64,000 nt of DNA. Source: Acidobacteriota bacterium. Lineage in GTDB: Bacteria; Bacteroidota; Ignavibacteria; UBA10030; UBA8401. The DNA is taken from NCBI GenBank assembly GCA_050258555.1, contig JBLMZA010000043.1:2372-66371 (forward strand), given 5' to 3'. The first letter of the stretch is position 1. The number at the start of each line of letters is the position of its first letter. Of this stretch, positions 49,509 through 59,017 are shown piece after piece. The notes below the pieces were generated by a model. That model made no database searches. It was not told where the DNA came from and saw only the letters and a program-made list of their open reading frames with translations. The position numbers and the translations under genes were made by a program.

Positions 49509-50180
49509 ATGGCAGAAGCAGTGAAAATACTCGTTGTGGATGACGACCCGCAGTTCTCGCGATTCATCGAAATGCTCCTTCTCCAAAGCGGCAAAGGCTG
49601 CTTCAGCGTGACAATGTGCGGCGATGCCACGTCGACTCTCGGCCTGCTCAAGCGGGACAGCACATTTGATGTCATCCTGCTCGATTATTATTTGCCCGGC
49701 ATGAACGGCGATGCGCTGATCCGGACGCTTATCGAGAACGGCGTCTACGTGCCGGTGATCTTCGTAACGGTGATCAAGGAATTCCGGCTCGCCGTTGAAG
49801 CGATGAAGCTCGGCGTCTACAATTATCTGGTCAAGGAAAACCTTACGGCACAAACGCTCATCAAATCCGTCTATAACGTGGTCGAGCGCAATCGCCTGCG
49901 GCAGGAACTCTCCACGCTCGAGGTGAGCACCAACCGCCTCGAAGCGATACAGGAACTGGTCTTCGACATCAGCCGCAATCTGGTCGAACCGATTGCGGCG
50001 ATGCGCAGAGATGTTGCCGAGCTGCAGAAGAATCCCGGCCTCGGCGATATGCATACGTATCTGCGCATCATCAGCGACAACATCGAACGCATGCAGGCAA
50101 AGCTCGACAAGTTGAAAATGCTGAAGGAAGACAAGACGATCGAATACGTGAAGAATATCCGCATGCTTGATCTTTCATAA
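49509..50180 (+). CDS. Response-regulator receiver protein with C-terminal coiled-coil / degenerate HisKA-like helical domain
   Basis: KILVVDDDPQFSRF...DVILLDYYLPGMNG...K receiver domain, then a roughly 100-aa helical region with no output HTH. Start 49509 (MAEAVKILVVDDD, AAGGA Shine-Dalgarno); the alternative is ATG 49479. Confidence 0.65.
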   Translation: MAEAVKILVVDDDPQFSRFIEMLLLQSGKGCFSVTMCGDATSTLGLLKRDSTFDVILLDYYLPGMNGDALIRTLIENGVYVPVIFVTVIKEFRLAVEAMKLGVYNYLVKENLTAQTLIKSVYNVVERNRLRQELSTLEVSTNRLEAIQELVFDISRNLVEPIAAMRRDVAELQKNPGLGDMHTYLRIISDNIERMQAKLDKLKMLKEDKTIEYVKNIRMLDLS

Positions 50181-50183
50181 CCG

Positions 50184-50642
50184 ATGGAGACAGCCGTGGC
50201 ACATACGCTTCTGACAGAAGAAGAGCTTCGACGCATCGCCTCGACGATCGGAGAGGTGGAAGAATCGACGAGCGGCGAGATACGCGTGAACATACACGAG
50301 AAGCGGTCGTGGACCGAGCGCAGGCTCAGCCTTCGCGATCTTGCGCTGAAGCACTTCCATTCCCTCGGCATGGAAAAAACGCGGGACAAGACCGGAGTGC
50401 TGATCTTCATCTGCGTGCGCGAGCGCGAATTCTATATCGCCGCCGATGAAGGGATACATGCGAAGTTTCCGCAGGAGTATTGGGACTCGGTTGCAGAAAC
50501 GATGACACGCCAGTTCAAGGCGAGCCGTTTCTGCGAAGGCATCTGCTTCGCGGTGCGCGAGATCGGCACGGCGCTTGCCCGGGAGTTCCCGCTGCGCGAA
50601 GGGGATACGAACGAACTATCGAACGACGTGAGTTTTACTTAA
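50184..50642 (+). CDS. TPM-domain protein (second TPM paralog of the LemA cluster)
   Basis: TPM/DUF477 signature (EIRVNIHEK...KTGVLIFICVREREFYIAADEGIHAKFPQEYWDS). Cytoplasmic form lacking a signal peptide. Confidence 0.8.
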   Translation: METAVAHTLLTEEELRRIASTIGEVEESTSGEIRVNIHEKRSWTERRLSLRDLALKHFHSLGMEKTRDKTGVLIFICVREREFYIAADEGIHAKFPQEYWDSVAETMTRQFKASRFCEGICFAVREIGTALAREFPLREGDTNELSNDVSFT

Positions 50643-50654
50643 CAGGTCTCAAGC

Positions 50655-51515
50655 ATGAATTGTACAGTAGCAGTCGCGCAGATCGATGCGGCAGTGGGCA
50701 ATCTCAAGGCAAATGCGGCGCGCCATGCCGACGCCGTGCGGAAGGCGATCGCGGCGCGCGCCGACATCGTCGTCTTTCCTGAACTGAGCCTTACCGGCTA
50801 CACGGTGCGCGATCTGAATTGGGATGTCGCACTCCGTGCGCAGAAGCAGGAGTTGTTCGACGAACTGATCAACCTGAGCTCGCAGATCACGATCGTCTTC
50901 GGAGCGGTGGAAGAGGCTCCCAATTTCGGCATCTATAATTCGGCGTTCGTGATCGAAGAGGGAATCATTGCTTCGGCGCACCGCAAGGTGTATCCGCCGA
51001 CATACGGCATGTTCGAGGAGATGCGGTACTTTTCGCGCGGATCCGATGTGCGCTGCTTCGAATCGAGGCACGGACGGCTCGGCATCCTGATCTGCGAGGA
51101 CCTGTGGCACATGTCGCTGCCGTATGTGCTGGCGCAGGACGGTGCGGAGGTCATCATCGGCATTGCGGCCAGCCCGACGCGCCTGTCGGGACAGTCGGCC
51201 ATGCTGCCGGGCCTGGCGCTCAATTACGAGCATCATAAGACGTATGCGCGCCTGCTCAGCTCCTACATCGTGTATTGCAACCGCGTGGGCATGGAAGACG
51301 GTGTGAGTTTCTGGGGCGGATCGCATGTGGTGGGACCGGCCGGCGACATTCTGGCGCAGGCGCAGCTGTTCGAAGAGGATCTGATTACGGCGAGAATCGA
51401 AGCCAACGAAGTGCGGCGTGCCCGGCGCTTATCGCGCCACTTTATCGACGATGACATGCATCTCACGGTCCAGCAGCTTGAACGCATACAGAGAGAGCGC
51501 GATGCACAGCGCTGA
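50655..51515 (+). CDS. Carbon-nitrogen hydrolase (nitrilase superfamily) protein
   Basis: Catalytic triad context E (VVFPELSLTGY), K (HRKVYPP) and C (ILICEDLWH). Confidence 0.85.
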   Translation: MNCTVAVAQIDAAVGNLKANAARHADAVRKAIAARADIVVFPELSLTGYTVRDLNWDVALRAQKQELFDELINLSSQITIVFGAVEEAPNFGIYNSAFVIEEGIIASAHRKVYPPTYGMFEEMRYFSRGSDVRCFESRHGRLGILICEDLWHMSLPYVLAQDGAEVIIGIAASPTRLSGQSAMLPGLALNYEHHKTYARLLSSYIVYCNRVGMEDGVSFWGGSHVVGPAGDILAQAQLFEEDLITARIEANEVRRARRLSRHFIDDDMHLTVQQLERIQRERDAQR

Positions 51516-51524
51516 CAACATCGC

Positions 51525-52139
51525 ATGAGAATACGCCTCATACTGCCGGCTGTACTCCTCCTTGCAGCCGCCGCCGCGTTCGGCGGCGACGACGGGGCGC
51601 CGCGTCCCGCGCGTGATCTCTTCACTGCGGCATGCCGCGAGACAGGCAAGGAACTTGCGGCCGGAAGCGGGCTTTCACGGAGCGCGTCTGTCCTGGTCCG
51701 CTTCGCCGGAGACAAAACGGAATTCTTCCGCACGCCGCTCATGGATGCGCTTTCGGCGGCATGCGGCGCGGTCTACGTCTCCGGCGCATCGGCCGATACG
51801 ATTGTCACGTTCGGCATCGAAGACGCGGCGATCGGCTATGGACCCGCGTTCCGCGAAGGATGGTTCCGAGAACGCAGGACCGAGCGCTCGGTCCGGGTCC
51901 GTCTGCGCATGGAGATGATTTCCTCTTCCAGCGGAAAGGTGCTCTATACGCGGACGCTTGACGGCCTTGAGCGCGATACGATCGCGGTCGACGAGATCCA
52001 GGAAACGGGCGCCTCGGCGCGGCACATCGCCGTTGGCGCGGCTCCCGAGCCATCGCTGTGGGAACGCATCCTGGAACCCGCGATTCTGACGGTGTCGTCG
52101 GGAATTGCGGTCTACCTGTTTTTCACTGTTCGAAGCTGA
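51525..52139 (+). CDS. Hypothetical exported protein with C-terminal membrane anchor
   Basis: Signal peptide MRIRLILPAVLLLAAAAAFG and C-terminal transmembrane helix ILTVSSGIAVYLFF. No recognisable family. Confidence 0.5.
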   Translation: MRIRLILPAVLLLAAAAAFGGDDGAPRPARDLFTAACRETGKELAAGSGLSRSASVLVRFAGDKTEFFRTPLMDALSAACGAVYVSGASADTIVTFGIEDAAIGYGPAFREGWFRERRTERSVRVRLRMEMISSSSGKVLYTRTLDGLERDTIAVDEIQETGASARHIAVGAAPEPSLWERILEPAILTVSSGIAVYLFFTVRS

Positions 52140-52144
52140 CCGCA

Positions 52145-53188
52145 ATGCAGGCGCGCCGGACGATGCATATGCTTTTCCTGTTTGGCGCCGGCGCCTGGCT
52201 GTACTTCGGTTTGACGACGGATTACCGGACGCATATACGGAAGAATACGGCGTACGGTGTGCCGGCAGGCCGTGCGACGCTTCTGGCATTCGGCGACGTG
52301 AATCTGGGGCGCACGCTCGGCCGGCAGCTGCTGCGCGAGGGTCCCGGCTGCGTGTTCGACGAATTCCGGTTCGATACGGCCGACGTCGTCTTCGTGAATC
52401 TGGAAAGCACGCTTTCGGATCAGGGCGGCGAGACCGAATCGCCGGAGAGCAATTACATTTTCACAGGGCCGCCGGTCGGCGCGCTTGCGCTGGCGCGCGC
52501 GGGCATCACGGTTGTCGCGACGGCGAACAATCACGCCTATGATTACGGCGAGCGCGCGCTGAAGGAAACGATCGATCACCTCGATGCGGCGAACATCGGG
52601 CATGCAGGCACGTCCAAAGAGGAAGAGACCGTGCTCGAGCCGCTCTGCCTCACGGCTAACGGGATGAAGTTCGCATTCTTTGCGGTGACCGATTTCATGA
52701 ACATGGGATACGGCTGGCGCCGTCATGCGGCTGCGGCCGATTCGGCGAGGCTGTTTCCGAAGCTGCGCGAGGCCGCCGGGTGGGCCGATGCGGTGATCGT
52801 CAGCGTCCACGGCGGCGATGAGTATGCCGATGTGCCGTCGGCGCGCGTCTCGGCATTCATGCGCGCCTGCATCGACCAGGGAGCCATGCTCGTGCTGGGA
52901 CATCATCCGCATGTGCCGTACGGCATCGATTCGGTCCGGGGCGGCTACATCGTTTCCTCGCTCGGCAATTTTGTATTTTCGCAGCCGCAGCGGGAATGGA
53001 CGCAGCTGAGCTACGGCGTGCTCTTCGAATTTACGCGGGCAGGGAGGCGCGCTGACATCCGGCTCCGGCGCGTCATCCCGATCGAGACCGGCTTCCGGCC
53101 GCTGCGCATGGACCGCCGTGAAGGGCGCGAGAAAATCATGGCGCGCGCCCAGCAGTATTCGTCTTTTTCATTGAAGCAGTTTTATTAA
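52145..53188 (+). CDS. capA: CapA family protein (PGA-synthesis-type metallophosphatase fold)
   Basis: LLAFGDVNLGR, VFVNLES, TVVATANNHAYDYG and LVLGHHPHV, the CapA/YwtB calcineurin-like signature. N-terminal transmembrane helix. Confidence 0.8.
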   Translation: MQARRTMHMLFLFGAGAWLYFGLTTDYRTHIRKNTAYGVPAGRATLLAFGDVNLGRTLGRQLLREGPGCVFDEFRFDTADVVFVNLESTLSDQGGETESPESNYIFTGPPVGALALARAGITVVATANNHAYDYGERALKETIDHLDAANIGHAGTSKEEETVLEPLCLTANGMKFAFFAVTDFMNMGYGWRRHAAAADSARLFPKLREAAGWADAVIVSVHGGDEYADVPSARVSAFMRACIDQGAMLVLGHHPHVPYGIDSVRGGYIVSSLGNFVFSQPQREWTQLSYGVLFEFTRAGRRADIRLRRVIPIETGFRPLRMDRREGREKIMARAQQYSSFSLKQFY

Positions 53189-53209
53189 CTCATAACGACA
53201 CGTAATCCT

Positions 53210-54037
53210 ATGACAGCAGTACGACGACAGTTCCCCATTGCGGCGGCATTCATCCTCATCACGGGCGCGGCGATTCTACTTTCATCCTGCAGCGCGAGCA
53301 AGAGCGCCGAAGAGCCGATGACGGCCGAAGGACAGTTTGCCCGGGCGATGAAGGAATTCAATGATGAAAAGTACCTCGATGCAATCGAAGCCTTCAAAAC
53401 GATCACAGTCCAGTATCAGGGAAGCGGCGTCGCCGATGCGGCGCAGTTCTATATCGGCGAATCGCGATTCAACCGCGGCGAATACATACTTGCCGCCGCC
53501 GAGTACGACATGCTGATCCGTTCGATGCCGTCGTCAAAATATATTCCGACGGCGCGCTACAAGCGTGCGCTTGCCTACTACGAGATGTCGCCCAAGTCGC
53601 AGCTCGATCAGAAGTATACGCGGCTGGCGATCGACGACTTCCAGACGTTTCTGGAATACGCGCCGAACGATTCGCTCGCCAAAGACGCAGACGCGAAGGT
53701 CCGCGAGCTCACCGACAAACTCGCCCGGAAGATTTTCGAGAGCGGCAGGCTCTACTTCCGGCGCGAATATTACAAGGCGGCGATCGTCTATTTCGACAAT
53801 GTGATCGACCAGTATCACGACACCCGGTATGCCGACCAGGCGATGTACTGGAAGGCGCGCGCCCAGCGCGAACGCAGGGAATATGACGCCTCGCTCAGGA
53901 CGCTCGACCAGCTCTTTGAAAAATTCCCGTCCACATCACTGAAGGACGATGCACAATCGCTGCGCAAGGAAGTCGAACGCCTGAAGCTTCTGCCGGCGGA
54001 AGGCAGCGGCGCAGGCAAATCCGACGGAGCGTTATGA
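53210..54037 (+). CDS. bamD: Outer membrane protein assembly factor BamD (YfiO/ComL-like lipoprotein)
   Basis: Lipobox LLSSC and TPR-like repeats (FNDEKYLDAIEAFK..., YYKAAIVYFDNVIDQY). Confidence 0.75.
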   Translation: MTAVRRQFPIAAAFILITGAAILLSSCSASKSAEEPMTAEGQFARAMKEFNDEKYLDAIEAFKTITVQYQGSGVADAAQFYIGESRFNRGEYILAAAEYDMLIRSMPSSKYIPTARYKRALAYYEMSPKSQLDQKYTRLAIDDFQTFLEYAPNDSLAKDADAKVRELTDKLARKIFESGRLYFRREYYKAAIVYFDNVIDQYHDTRYADQAMYWKARAQRERREYDASLRTLDQLFEKFPSTSLKDDAQSLRKEVERLKLLPAEGSGAGKSDGAL

Positions 54038-54504
54038 GCGAAGCCAAAACCGTGAAACAATCGCAGGCACGCATGACGCAGCTCGTGCTGCCGGACGAGA
54101 CCAATCAGCTGGGCAACCTGCTCGGAGGCCAGCTCATGCACTGGATCGATCTTGTAGCTGCGATCGCCGCGATGCGGCATGCGCGGAAGGTCTGCGTGAC
54201 CGCGTCGGTCGACGAGATCAATTTCATCAATCCGGTAAAGCAGGGCGAAGTCGTCACTCTTCTTGCGTCAGTCAACCGCGTGTTTACGACCTCGATGGAA
54301 ATCGGCGTCTCCGTTTCGGCGGAGAACCTGCTGACGGGGGAAACGCATCACACGAATTCCGCTTATCTGACATTCGTAGCCATCGATGAACAGGGAAGGC
54401 CCGTGCCGGTCGATCCGATCGTCTGCGAGGACGATGGGGAGATCCGGCGGTTCAATGAGGCTCTTCATCGGCGCGAACTGCGGCTTCAGCGGCGGATCAA
54501 ATAA
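54034..54504 (+). CDS. Acyl-CoA thioesterase (hot-dog fold, YciA-like)
   Basis: MTQLVLPDETNQLGNLLGGQLMHWIDLVAAIAA...VTASVDEINFINPVKQGEVV; ATGA overlap with bamD. Confidence 0.85.
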   Translation: MSEAKTVKQSQARMTQLVLPDETNQLGNLLGGQLMHWIDLVAAIAAMRHARKVCVTASVDEINFINPVKQGEVVTLLASVNRVFTTSMEIGVSVSAENLLTGETHHTNSAYLTFVAIDEQGRPVPVDPIVCEDDGEIRRFNEALHRRELRLQRRIK

Positions 54505-54505
54505 G

Positions 54506-56776
54506 ATGACACCACACGACGCCGAACCGACGCCGAACCACCACTTCTCGGTTTACCAGTTCAGCCATCCGATTGCGGTGCGCCGAAGCGCTATCGCATT
54601 GATGATCGTGCTTGCCTGCGTTGCCCGCAGCGCGGGCGCGCTTCGTGCGAGTGCGTCGCTCGGTATGACGGTGCAGTGCGACCTCCCGTTCACGCCGATG
54701 TTTCCGGCGTTCATCCATTATTCGAGCGCTCGCGCCGTCGACCTCGCCTGCATCGATCCGTCGACGTCGCAGCTGGTCATTCTTAAAAACGACGGACACG
54801 GCGGCTTCGGAAGCCCCGTCGTGGCGGCGCGCATTGCCGATGCCGCCTCGATGACGACGGGCGATCTGAATATGGACGGCATCGATGATCTCGTCATCGT
54901 GCGACGCGAACAGCGGCAGATCGATGTGCTGTTAAGCTCGACAGCCGACTCGGCGTACACGCTCGTCCGATATCCCGTGAAATATTATCCCGAGCATGCG
55001 GTCATCGCCGATCTCAACAACGACCGCATCCCCGACATCATCAGCTGCGGCCGCGTGTCTTCAGGCATCACGCTGCTGCGCGGGACAGGCAAGGGAACGT
55101 TCATGGAGGCGAAGGAATTGTTTCCCGACATCCCCGTGAGCGATGTCTACGTGCGGAAGCTCAACGGCGACCATTATCCGGACATCATTCTCTACAACTG
55201 GCTGGCGGGGGAGATGTCGTTTTCGATCGGCATGGGCGATCTGCAGTTTGCCGAGCAGACGCTGATGCCGTTTCAGAAGGATTCTTCCGGCATCGTCTTC
55301 ATCAACAGCAACGGCGATGCCGTGACGGACTTTGCCATTGCGTCGAATGAACGAAACACGCTTCAAATTTACGAAGGCGACGGTCTGGGCTCCTATCATC
55401 CGCGGCAGGCGCTGTCGATGTCGATCAATCCGACGCGCCTGGAAGCGGTGCACATCCGCTCGAAGCAGAACGACGACGTGCTCGCCTCGAATGCGGAGAA
55501 CGGCATGTTTTCGCTCTACCTCAACCGGGGCGACGGAACATACGACGACGAGATCCAGTTCGGCGGCAGCGAGGGCGTGCTGCTGACGGGCGATGTCGAC
55601 GGCGACGGCCAGGAGGATCTTGCCTCGATCGCCGCGCGCGGACGCTCGATGCAGATCTATTACAACGGACAGAAAGCCGCGCAGACGATCCCGGACGGGG
55701 AAGGCGCGGTCTCCTATCCCGTGGGCAGGATCCCGCTTGCGCTTGCGGTGGGGGATTTCAACAACGACGGGCGGGATGACATCGCCGCGGCCAACACGGG
55801 AACGTCGACCGTGTCGCTCCTTCTTTCGGGAACATCTTCCATGTTCACGGGACAGCGGTCGTTCGAAACCGTCTCATCGCCGACCTCGATCCGTCTGTAT
55901 GCCAGAAGCGACAGCTCGGTGACATTCGTCTTCGCGCATGCGACGCGCTCGCGCGTGTCCGTGCTTTCGCTCGCCGAGCATGTCCGCAACAGCGGAGAGG
56001 CGGGCATCGAATCGCAGCTCTACACGATCCCCACGGCGGAGCGCCCCGCGCTCATCCTTTCGGATCTCGCAGTGCAGAGAAAGTCGATCGAGTTCTATGT
56101 CGCATCGGGTTCGCCCCAGACATCGCTGTCCTACTATCAGCAGGTGAAGGGAACAAAGTTCATCGAACGCAGCTTCAAGCCGATCATTCCGGCGAGGATC
56201 CTTGCCGGCGCTGTCACCGACTTCAACGGCGACGGGCGCCCGGACCTCGCCTATGTCTACGGGGACCAGTCGACGGGAAGAAATGTCCTGGGCATCACGT
56301 TCAGCGACACGACGGGCCAATACCGCTCCAATACGCTTTCGTATGTGTTCCCCGACAGCGTCATGAAGCGGTGCGTCCTGTTGTTCGACGACTTCGACGG
56401 CGACGGACAGGCCGACTGTCTGCTAGCGCAGTCGCCGGCGAACACGCTTGGTGTGGCGCTCGGTACCGGAGGAGGCAAATTCCGCGGGATGCGCACGGTG
56501 GCGCGGGGGATGATCACCGGCGCCGAGCAGGTGCAGACGCTCGATTTCAACGGAGACGGGATCACCGACATTGCATTCATGGACGGATCGTCCTCCGAAC
56601 TGTTTCTGCTGCTGGGCAGAGGCAATGGCACTTTCTCCGAGAAGCAGTTCATTCTCGATGTGCCGATCGACGGAGCATTCCGCTGCGCCGATATGAACCG
56701 GGACGGCGCGATGGATGTCGTCGTCACCGATCCGAAACGAAACATAGTGACCATTCAGTATGCGAAACATCGTTAA
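54506..56776 (+). CDS. FG-GAP/VCBS repeat-containing protein (integrin-alpha-like beta-propeller)
   Basis: At least seven DxNxDGxxD calcium-loop repeats (GDLNMDGIDDL, ADLNNDRIPDI, GDFNNDGRDDI, TDFNGDGRPDL, DDFDGDGQAD, LDFNGDGITDI, ADMNRDGAMDV). Signal-peptide-like region after an N-terminal extension; the start is uncertain. Confidence 0.75.
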   Translation: MTPHDAEPTPNHHFSVYQFSHPIAVRRSAIALMIVLACVARSAGALRASASLGMTVQCDLPFTPMFPAFIHYSSARAVDLACIDPSTSQLVILKNDGHGGFGSPVVAARIADAASMTTGDLNMDGIDDLVIVRREQRQIDVLLSSTADSAYTLVRYPVKYYPEHAVIADLNNDRIPDIISCGRVSSGITLLRGTGKGTFMEAKELFPDIPVSDVYVRKLNGDHYPDIILYNWLAGEMSFSIGMGDLQFAEQTLMPFQKDSSGIVFINSNGDAVTDFAIASNERNTLQIYEGDGLGSYHPRQALSMSINPTRLEAVHIRSKQNDDVLASNAENGMFSLYLNRGDGTYDDEIQFGGSEGVLLTGDVDGDGQEDLASIAARGRSMQIYYNGQKAAQTIPDGEGAVSYPVGRIPLALAVGDFNNDGRDDIAAANTGTSTVSLLLSGTSSMFTGQRSFETVSSPTSIRLYARSDSSVTFVFAHATRSRVSVLSLAEHVRNSGEAGIESQLYTIPTAERPALILSDLAVQRKSIEFYVASGSPQTSLSYYQQVKGTKFIERSFKPIIPARILAGAVTDFNGDGRPDLAYVYGDQSTGRNVLGITFSDTTGQYRSNTLSYVFPDSVMKRCVLLFDDFDGDGQADCLLAQSPANTLGVALGTGGGKFRGMRTVARGMITGAEQVQTLDFNGDGITDIAFMDGSSSELFLLLGRGNGTFSEKQFILDVPIDGAFRCADMNRDGAMDVVVTDPKRNIVTIQYAKHR

Positions 56777-58352
56777 CTTCATCGGCATCGCGATGCTGGT
56801 GCTGTATGCCGCCGGACGTGCGCAGTCGCCCGCACCGGGAAAATGCACGACGTTCGACCGGTTTCGCACCGGTCTGCCCCCCGGCATCAGCGCGAAAGTG
56901 ACCGAGGAGCGTCCCGATCTCCAGACGAGCATCCTCAGTCCCCGGAAGCATTTCCGCATCCATTTCGACACGACGGGCATCAATACGCCGGCGTTCGTGA
57001 CGACGCAGGGGGCGAGAATCGAAGGCACGGCCCGGCAGTTTGCCGATACCACCGCGAAGATTTTCGATTCGGTGTGGACGGCGGAAATCGGGACGATCGG
57101 TTTTGCCGCTCCGCCTTCCGATCTGGGGCTGGGAGGAGGGGACGAATACGATGTGTACATTCTCGATCGCGGAGCGAATAATTTCGGTGAGACGATGTGG
57201 GATCCGAATGCGCCGCTGTCTTCCACAACGGCGGCTCCGCGCTTCGCCTCGTACATCAACATCGACAACGATTTCGGAAGCGGCTTTCGCACGATGGGGC
57301 TTGCCGGCGTGATGAGCACGGCCGCGCACGAGTTCCATCATGCCATACAGATCGGCGGCTACGGCATCTGGTACAGCGATCTGTATTTTTACGAGCTTTC
57401 CGCCGAATCGATGGAACCGACCGTCTTTCCCGTGTCGAAGGATTACATCAACGACGTCGGCACGTATTTCCGGAACATCGACAACATATCGCTCTACACG
57501 TCGAATGCGACATACAGCGGATACGAGCGGGCCATCTGGGGCGTCTTCCTCATGCGGCGCTACGGAACCGGCATCATGCGCGAGATCTGGGAGGCGGTTG
57601 CCGCGGCGAAGCCGGTGCCGGCCATGAAGACCGCGCTTGAAAAGCGCGGCACGTCGCTGACGAAGGAATTTTCCGAATTCTGTTTCTGGAATTACTATAC
57701 GGGATGGCGCGCCGATACCACACGGTTCTATGCCGATGCGCATCTCTTTCCGGTGGTGGCCATGCGCGCGCGCGAAACGCTTCACACGCAGCCCATCACG
57801 TTCCAGTACGCCTGCAGGGGATTCGGCGTGAATTATCTCGAGGTGCAGAATCCTCCCGACACGGCCGCGTTCATCGTCGCCAACACGAACATGGATGATG
57901 CGCTCGGCGCGCAGTCCGGCCAGTACGGCTATCAGGTGCGCGTATCGGCCGGCGCCGGCAATGGCGGCACGCAGCTCTCGAACGGGATGTACGCCGACTT
58001 CACCGTCTCCGATCCGGGGAACTGGAAATATCTGCCGCTGGCCGGCCAGGCTCCTGCTTCGGTGAGTGCTGCCGCATGTTTTCCGAATCCGTTCAATCCG
58101 TCGACATCATCGCTCTACATCAGCCTGACGAGGGAGCAGGCACTGCAGACGACGCGCACGCTGAATGTGTATTCGGCTTCCTACGACTGCGTGTATTCGG
58201 GAAGCGTGCCGAGGCAGTCGTTCAACGGCGCGCAGTACGCCGTGTGGGACGGAAAGACATCGCAGGGCGGATTGTGCGCCACGGGAGTGTATCTCTACGT
58301 GCTCACATCCGGCGGCACAACCATGAAAGGAAAGTTTGCGGTCATACGATGA
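56760..58352 (+). CDS. Secreted HExxH metalloprotease-like protein with a T9SS C-terminal sorting domain
   Basis: Signal peptide MRNIVNFIGIAMLVLYAAGRAQS, zinc-binding motif AAHEFHHAIQIGGYG, and C-terminal CFPNPFNPSTSSLYISL...GVYLYVLTSGG...KGKFAVIR. Overlaps the upstream gene by 17 nt and ccmA by ATGA. Confidence 0.7.
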   Translation: MRNIVNFIGIAMLVLYAAGRAQSPAPGKCTTFDRFRTGLPPGISAKVTEERPDLQTSILSPRKHFRIHFDTTGINTPAFVTTQGARIEGTARQFADTTAKIFDSVWTAEIGTIGFAAPPSDLGLGGGDEYDVYILDRGANNFGETMWDPNAPLSSTTAAPRFASYINIDNDFGSGFRTMGLAGVMSTAAHEFHHAIQIGGYGIWYSDLYFYELSAESMEPTVFPVSKDYINDVGTYFRNIDNISLYTSNATYSGYERAIWGVFLMRRYGTGIMREIWEAVAAAKPVPAMKTALEKRGTSLTKEFSEFCFWNYYTGWRADTTRFYADAHLFPVVAMRARETLHTQPITFQYACRGFGVNYLEVQNPPDTAAFIVANTNMDDALGAQSGQYGYQVRVSAGAGNGGTQLSNGMYADFTVSDPGNWKYLPLAGQAPASVSAAACFPNPFNPSTSSLYISLTREQALQTTRTLNVYSASYDCVYSGSVPRQSFNGAQYAVWDGKTSQGGLCATGVYLYVLTSGGTTMKGKFAVIR

Positions 58353-59017
58353 CAACACTGTGTTTTGAAGCAAAGGACATCACGAAAGAGTTCAACCGGA
58401 AGCGCATCGTCGAGCACATCTCGTTCGAACTGCACGAGCGCCAGTCGCTCGCTCTGGTCGGACGGAACGGGGCGGGCAAGTCGACCGTCGCGAAAATTCT
58501 CTGCGGCCTTCTGTCGCCGACGCGCGGCACGGTCGCGCTCACGGTCGACGGCGCGCAGGCGGCGTACCCTTCGGCCATGTATCCGCATCTCGGATTTGTG
58601 GCGCCCTACATCAATCTCTACGACGAGTTCACGGGATACGAGAACCTTCGGCTTTGCGCGCGGATGCGCGGCATCGGAGTTGAGGGCGGGGACCGCAGCG
58701 AGATGCTGCTGAAGCAGTTCAGCCTGTACGAAAAACGGCATGACGAGCTCCGCACGTATTCTTCCGGCATGAAGCAGCGCCTCAAATACTGCGCGGCCCT
58801 TCTGCATGCGCCTGCGCTGCTGGTGCTGGACGAGCCGTGCGCGAATCTTGACGAGGAAGGCATACGCGTGGTGCGCACGGTGATGACGCGCCAGAAGGAG
58901 TCCGGCATCCTGATCATCGCCACCAACGACCGGGATGATCTTGCCTATGCCGACTCGATCGTGACGGTCGAGAGGGCGGGCGCGGCGGCGGTCCCGCCGG
59001 AAGGAGGCCGCGCATGA
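58349..59017 (+). CDS. ccmA: Cytochrome c biogenesis (heme exporter) ATP-binding protein CcmA
   Basis: Walker A GRNGAGKST, ABC signature YSSGMKQRL and Walker B LLVLDEP. The non-homologous N-terminal 91 aa of the track ORF are rejected. Confidence 0.85.
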   Translation: MTTLCFEAKDITKEFNRKRIVEHISFELHERQSLALVGRNGAGKSTVAKILCGLLSPTRGTVALTVDGAQAAYPSAMYPHLGFVAPYINLYDEFTGYENLRLCARMRGIGVEGGDRSEMLLKQFSLYEKRHDELRTYSSGMKQRLKYCAALLHAPALLVLDEPCANLDEEGIRVVRTVMTRQKESGILIIATNDRDDLAYADSIVTVERAGAAAVPPEGGRA

